Source: a virus
Lineage: Duplodnaviria; Heunggongvirae; Uroviricota; Caudoviricetes
IMG/VR virus record: IMGVR_UViG_3300021963_000025
Location: 64,001-128,000 of that record
DNA length: 64,000 nt
Reading direction: 5' to 3' (one strand)
The notes under the pieces were generated by a model that worked only from the letters and a program-made list of their open reading frames with translations, was not told the DNA's origin and did no database searches. A program made the translations under genes and the position numbers. Positions 62,676-64,000 of this stretch are shown piece after piece. Within the stretch, counting starts at the first letter, position 1. Every line of letters starts with the position of its first letter.

Positions 62676-63506
62676 ATGGGTAATATATTAATAGGCGACG
62701 CGTCGTATCAAGAACATCCAGAATGGGACACGGAATGCTTTAACAATTTTGTAGATGAACTTGCTGCAGATATAACAGGTTCGTGTATGATACCGATGAA
62801 CCTTCCAAAACAAGAGGTTCAAAACATAGTTAAAAGAGCAAAAAAATGGTTCTATAAAAACTATGAGTATTCAGTACAAGAAAACTTCTTGGTAATTCCA
62901 GCCGAGATGTTTGCATCAGATCATTTTAAATATTCTAGGTCTTTTACACTTCCTGGAATGGACCCTGTAACTGGAGGTGGTGAGATATTTTCAGTATTCG
63001 CAGTGCTTGAAAAAGGAAACACGTGGGGTGGAAGTATGGACATTAACTTTACTCAAGGAGATTTTGCAATCGAAAGAATGTTAATGGGTGGAATTTATGG
63101 TGGTTCTAAAACTGGACAAGCCGCAGAAAATTTACAATACTATGTTATTAATGAATCTTTTTTCGATTTAGCTCGACAAATTTTTAAGAATCCTTACAGT
63201 TTTCATTACAGCCAATTAACACATGAGCTAAAGTTCATGGGAGAAACTCCTAAAAAAGATACAATTTTAAAGGTGTATCAAACTATTCCGGAATGCGCAC
63301 TATTCCAAGATGAGGCATTTTTTAGATATTGTTCAGCTAAGATTAAAATTTCACTAGGACAAAAACTTGGAATATTTGGATTCTCCCTTCCTGGAAATAT
63401 TCAAATTAATCCAGATTTAATTAAAGGTCTTGGTGAAGAGGAACTTTCTGCATTAATCGAAGAGATTAAGAGCGACGAAGGTACTGACTGGATGTTCCAT
63501 TCTTAA
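62676..63506 (+). CDS. Neck protein (T4 gp13-like)
   Basis: RAKKWFY..Y; YCSAKIK..LG..L..F...LPG..QIN...IK..GEEE. Confidence 0.72.
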   Translation: MGNILIGDASYQEHPEWDTECFNNFVDELAADITGSCMIPMNLPKQEVQNIVKRAKKWFYKNYEYSVQENFLVIPAEMFASDHFKYSRSFTLPGMDPVTGGGEIFSVFAVLEKGNTWGGSMDINFTQGDFAIERMLMGGIYGGSKTGQAAENLQYYVINESFFDLARQIFKNPYSFHYSQLTHELKFMGETPKKDTILKVYQTIPECALFQDEAFFRYCSAKIKISLGQKLGIFGFSLPGNIQINPDLIKGLGEEELSALIEEIKSDEGTDWMFHS

Positions 63507-63522
63507 ACAAATATATAATATT

Positions 63523-63876
63523 ATGGAATTATACATAAAAGCGTTAGAAGACCCTAATTACGATGAAAATCAATTACAAATCGATGAGGATATTGCGCTG
63601 ATAATATCTCAAATCGAGACATTGATATTTACCGAGAAGGGCGATGTGATGGGAGACCCTGATTTTGGGCTTAACCTTGAAGATTACGTGTATTCTTTTA
63701 TGTATAATGATACAATGTTACAAGGTGTTGTTCAAAGTGCTATTTCAAGATACGTTCCATTAGCTGCAAAAATACCAGTCCACGTTACTGTTGAATTTGC
63801 TGAATTGACCGAAAAGAATATGGTTTTTATAGATATATCTATTGACTATAGATTTGGAATAACAATCGCTATATAA
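63523..63876 (+). CDS. Baseplate wedge subunit (gp25-like)
   Basis: LIFTEKGDVMGDPDFGLNLEDYVY. Confidence 0.82.
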   Translation: MELYIKALEDPNYDENQLQIDEDIALIISQIETLIFTEKGDVMGDPDFGLNLEDYVYSFMYNDTMLQGVVQSAISRYVPLAAKIPVHVTVEFAELTEKNMVFIDISIDYRFGITIAI

Positions 63877-63889
63877 AAAAATAAATGAG

Positions 63890-64000
63890 ATGACTGAATT
63901 AAAATTTTTATCAAGAGCCAGAATTAAGGTTACTGAAATGATTGCCGATACTCGAACATATATTTCAAGAGTATATGGTCGATCAAGCGATTTATTTACA
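63890..64000 (+). CDS. Partial baseplate wedge protein (gp6-like N-terminus)
   Basis: MTELKFLSRARIKVTEMIADTRTYISRVY, open to the window end, directly after the gp25-like gene. Confidence 0.5.
   Translation, partial: MTELKFLSRARIKVTEMIADTRTYISRVYGRSSDLFT

Noticed and set aside
1-64000. Alternative genetic code (stop recoding, seen in some jumbo phages)
   Set aside because: Conserved genes are full length under code 11, and TAG/TGA act as normal stops (for example clpP ends in TAG)
1-64000. tRNA or rRNA genes
   Set aside because: No cloverleaf with T-loop GTTCRA outside coding regions and no rRNA-like stretch was seen by eye; tRNAscan-SE was not run

Overview
A 64-kb, AT-rich segment of a very large T4-superfamily-like myophage genome, read with standard code 11. 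No tRNA, rRNA or CRISPR array was found. The host is inferred to be Bacteroidota, from ten TTT(A/C)-N19-TAnnTTTACA promoters, A-rich leaders without Shine-Dalgarno sites, and a Bacteroidota-type ClpP. Left to right: (i) ferritin, an MscS-like protein and a 5'-nucleotidase; (ii) an array of small proteins sharing a 13-aa N-terminal leader (MKKVKLFEEFINE-like); (iii) collagen-like, beta-helix and BspA-repeat fibre/adhesin genes; (iv) a second leader array with a ParB/Srx-like protein, a PD-(D/E)xK-like protein and an Acb2/Tad1-like protein; (v) a divergent early-gene island (RadA-like ATPase, DUF932-like protein, candidate sRNA) between two non-coding blocks, one with TCAATG repeats; (vi) a proteostasis and nucleotide cluster (N-domain-less ClpC, ClpP, DnaJ, four UVR-tail proteins, T4 gp42-like dCMP hydroxymethylase, double GT2, exonuclease, PhoH, RNase HII, UvsE, GIY-YIG endonuclease, dCMP deaminase); (vii) baseplate and neck genes interrupted by an S1-domain protein and an amidoligase-like protein. 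The most notable candidates are a 15-member capsid-targeting-leader cargo system with internal (I/L/V/M)-x-E sites, a phage ClpCP with putative UVR adaptors, cytosine modification, and late promoters embedded in hairpins. All family calls come from motif recognition by eye; no database searches were run.
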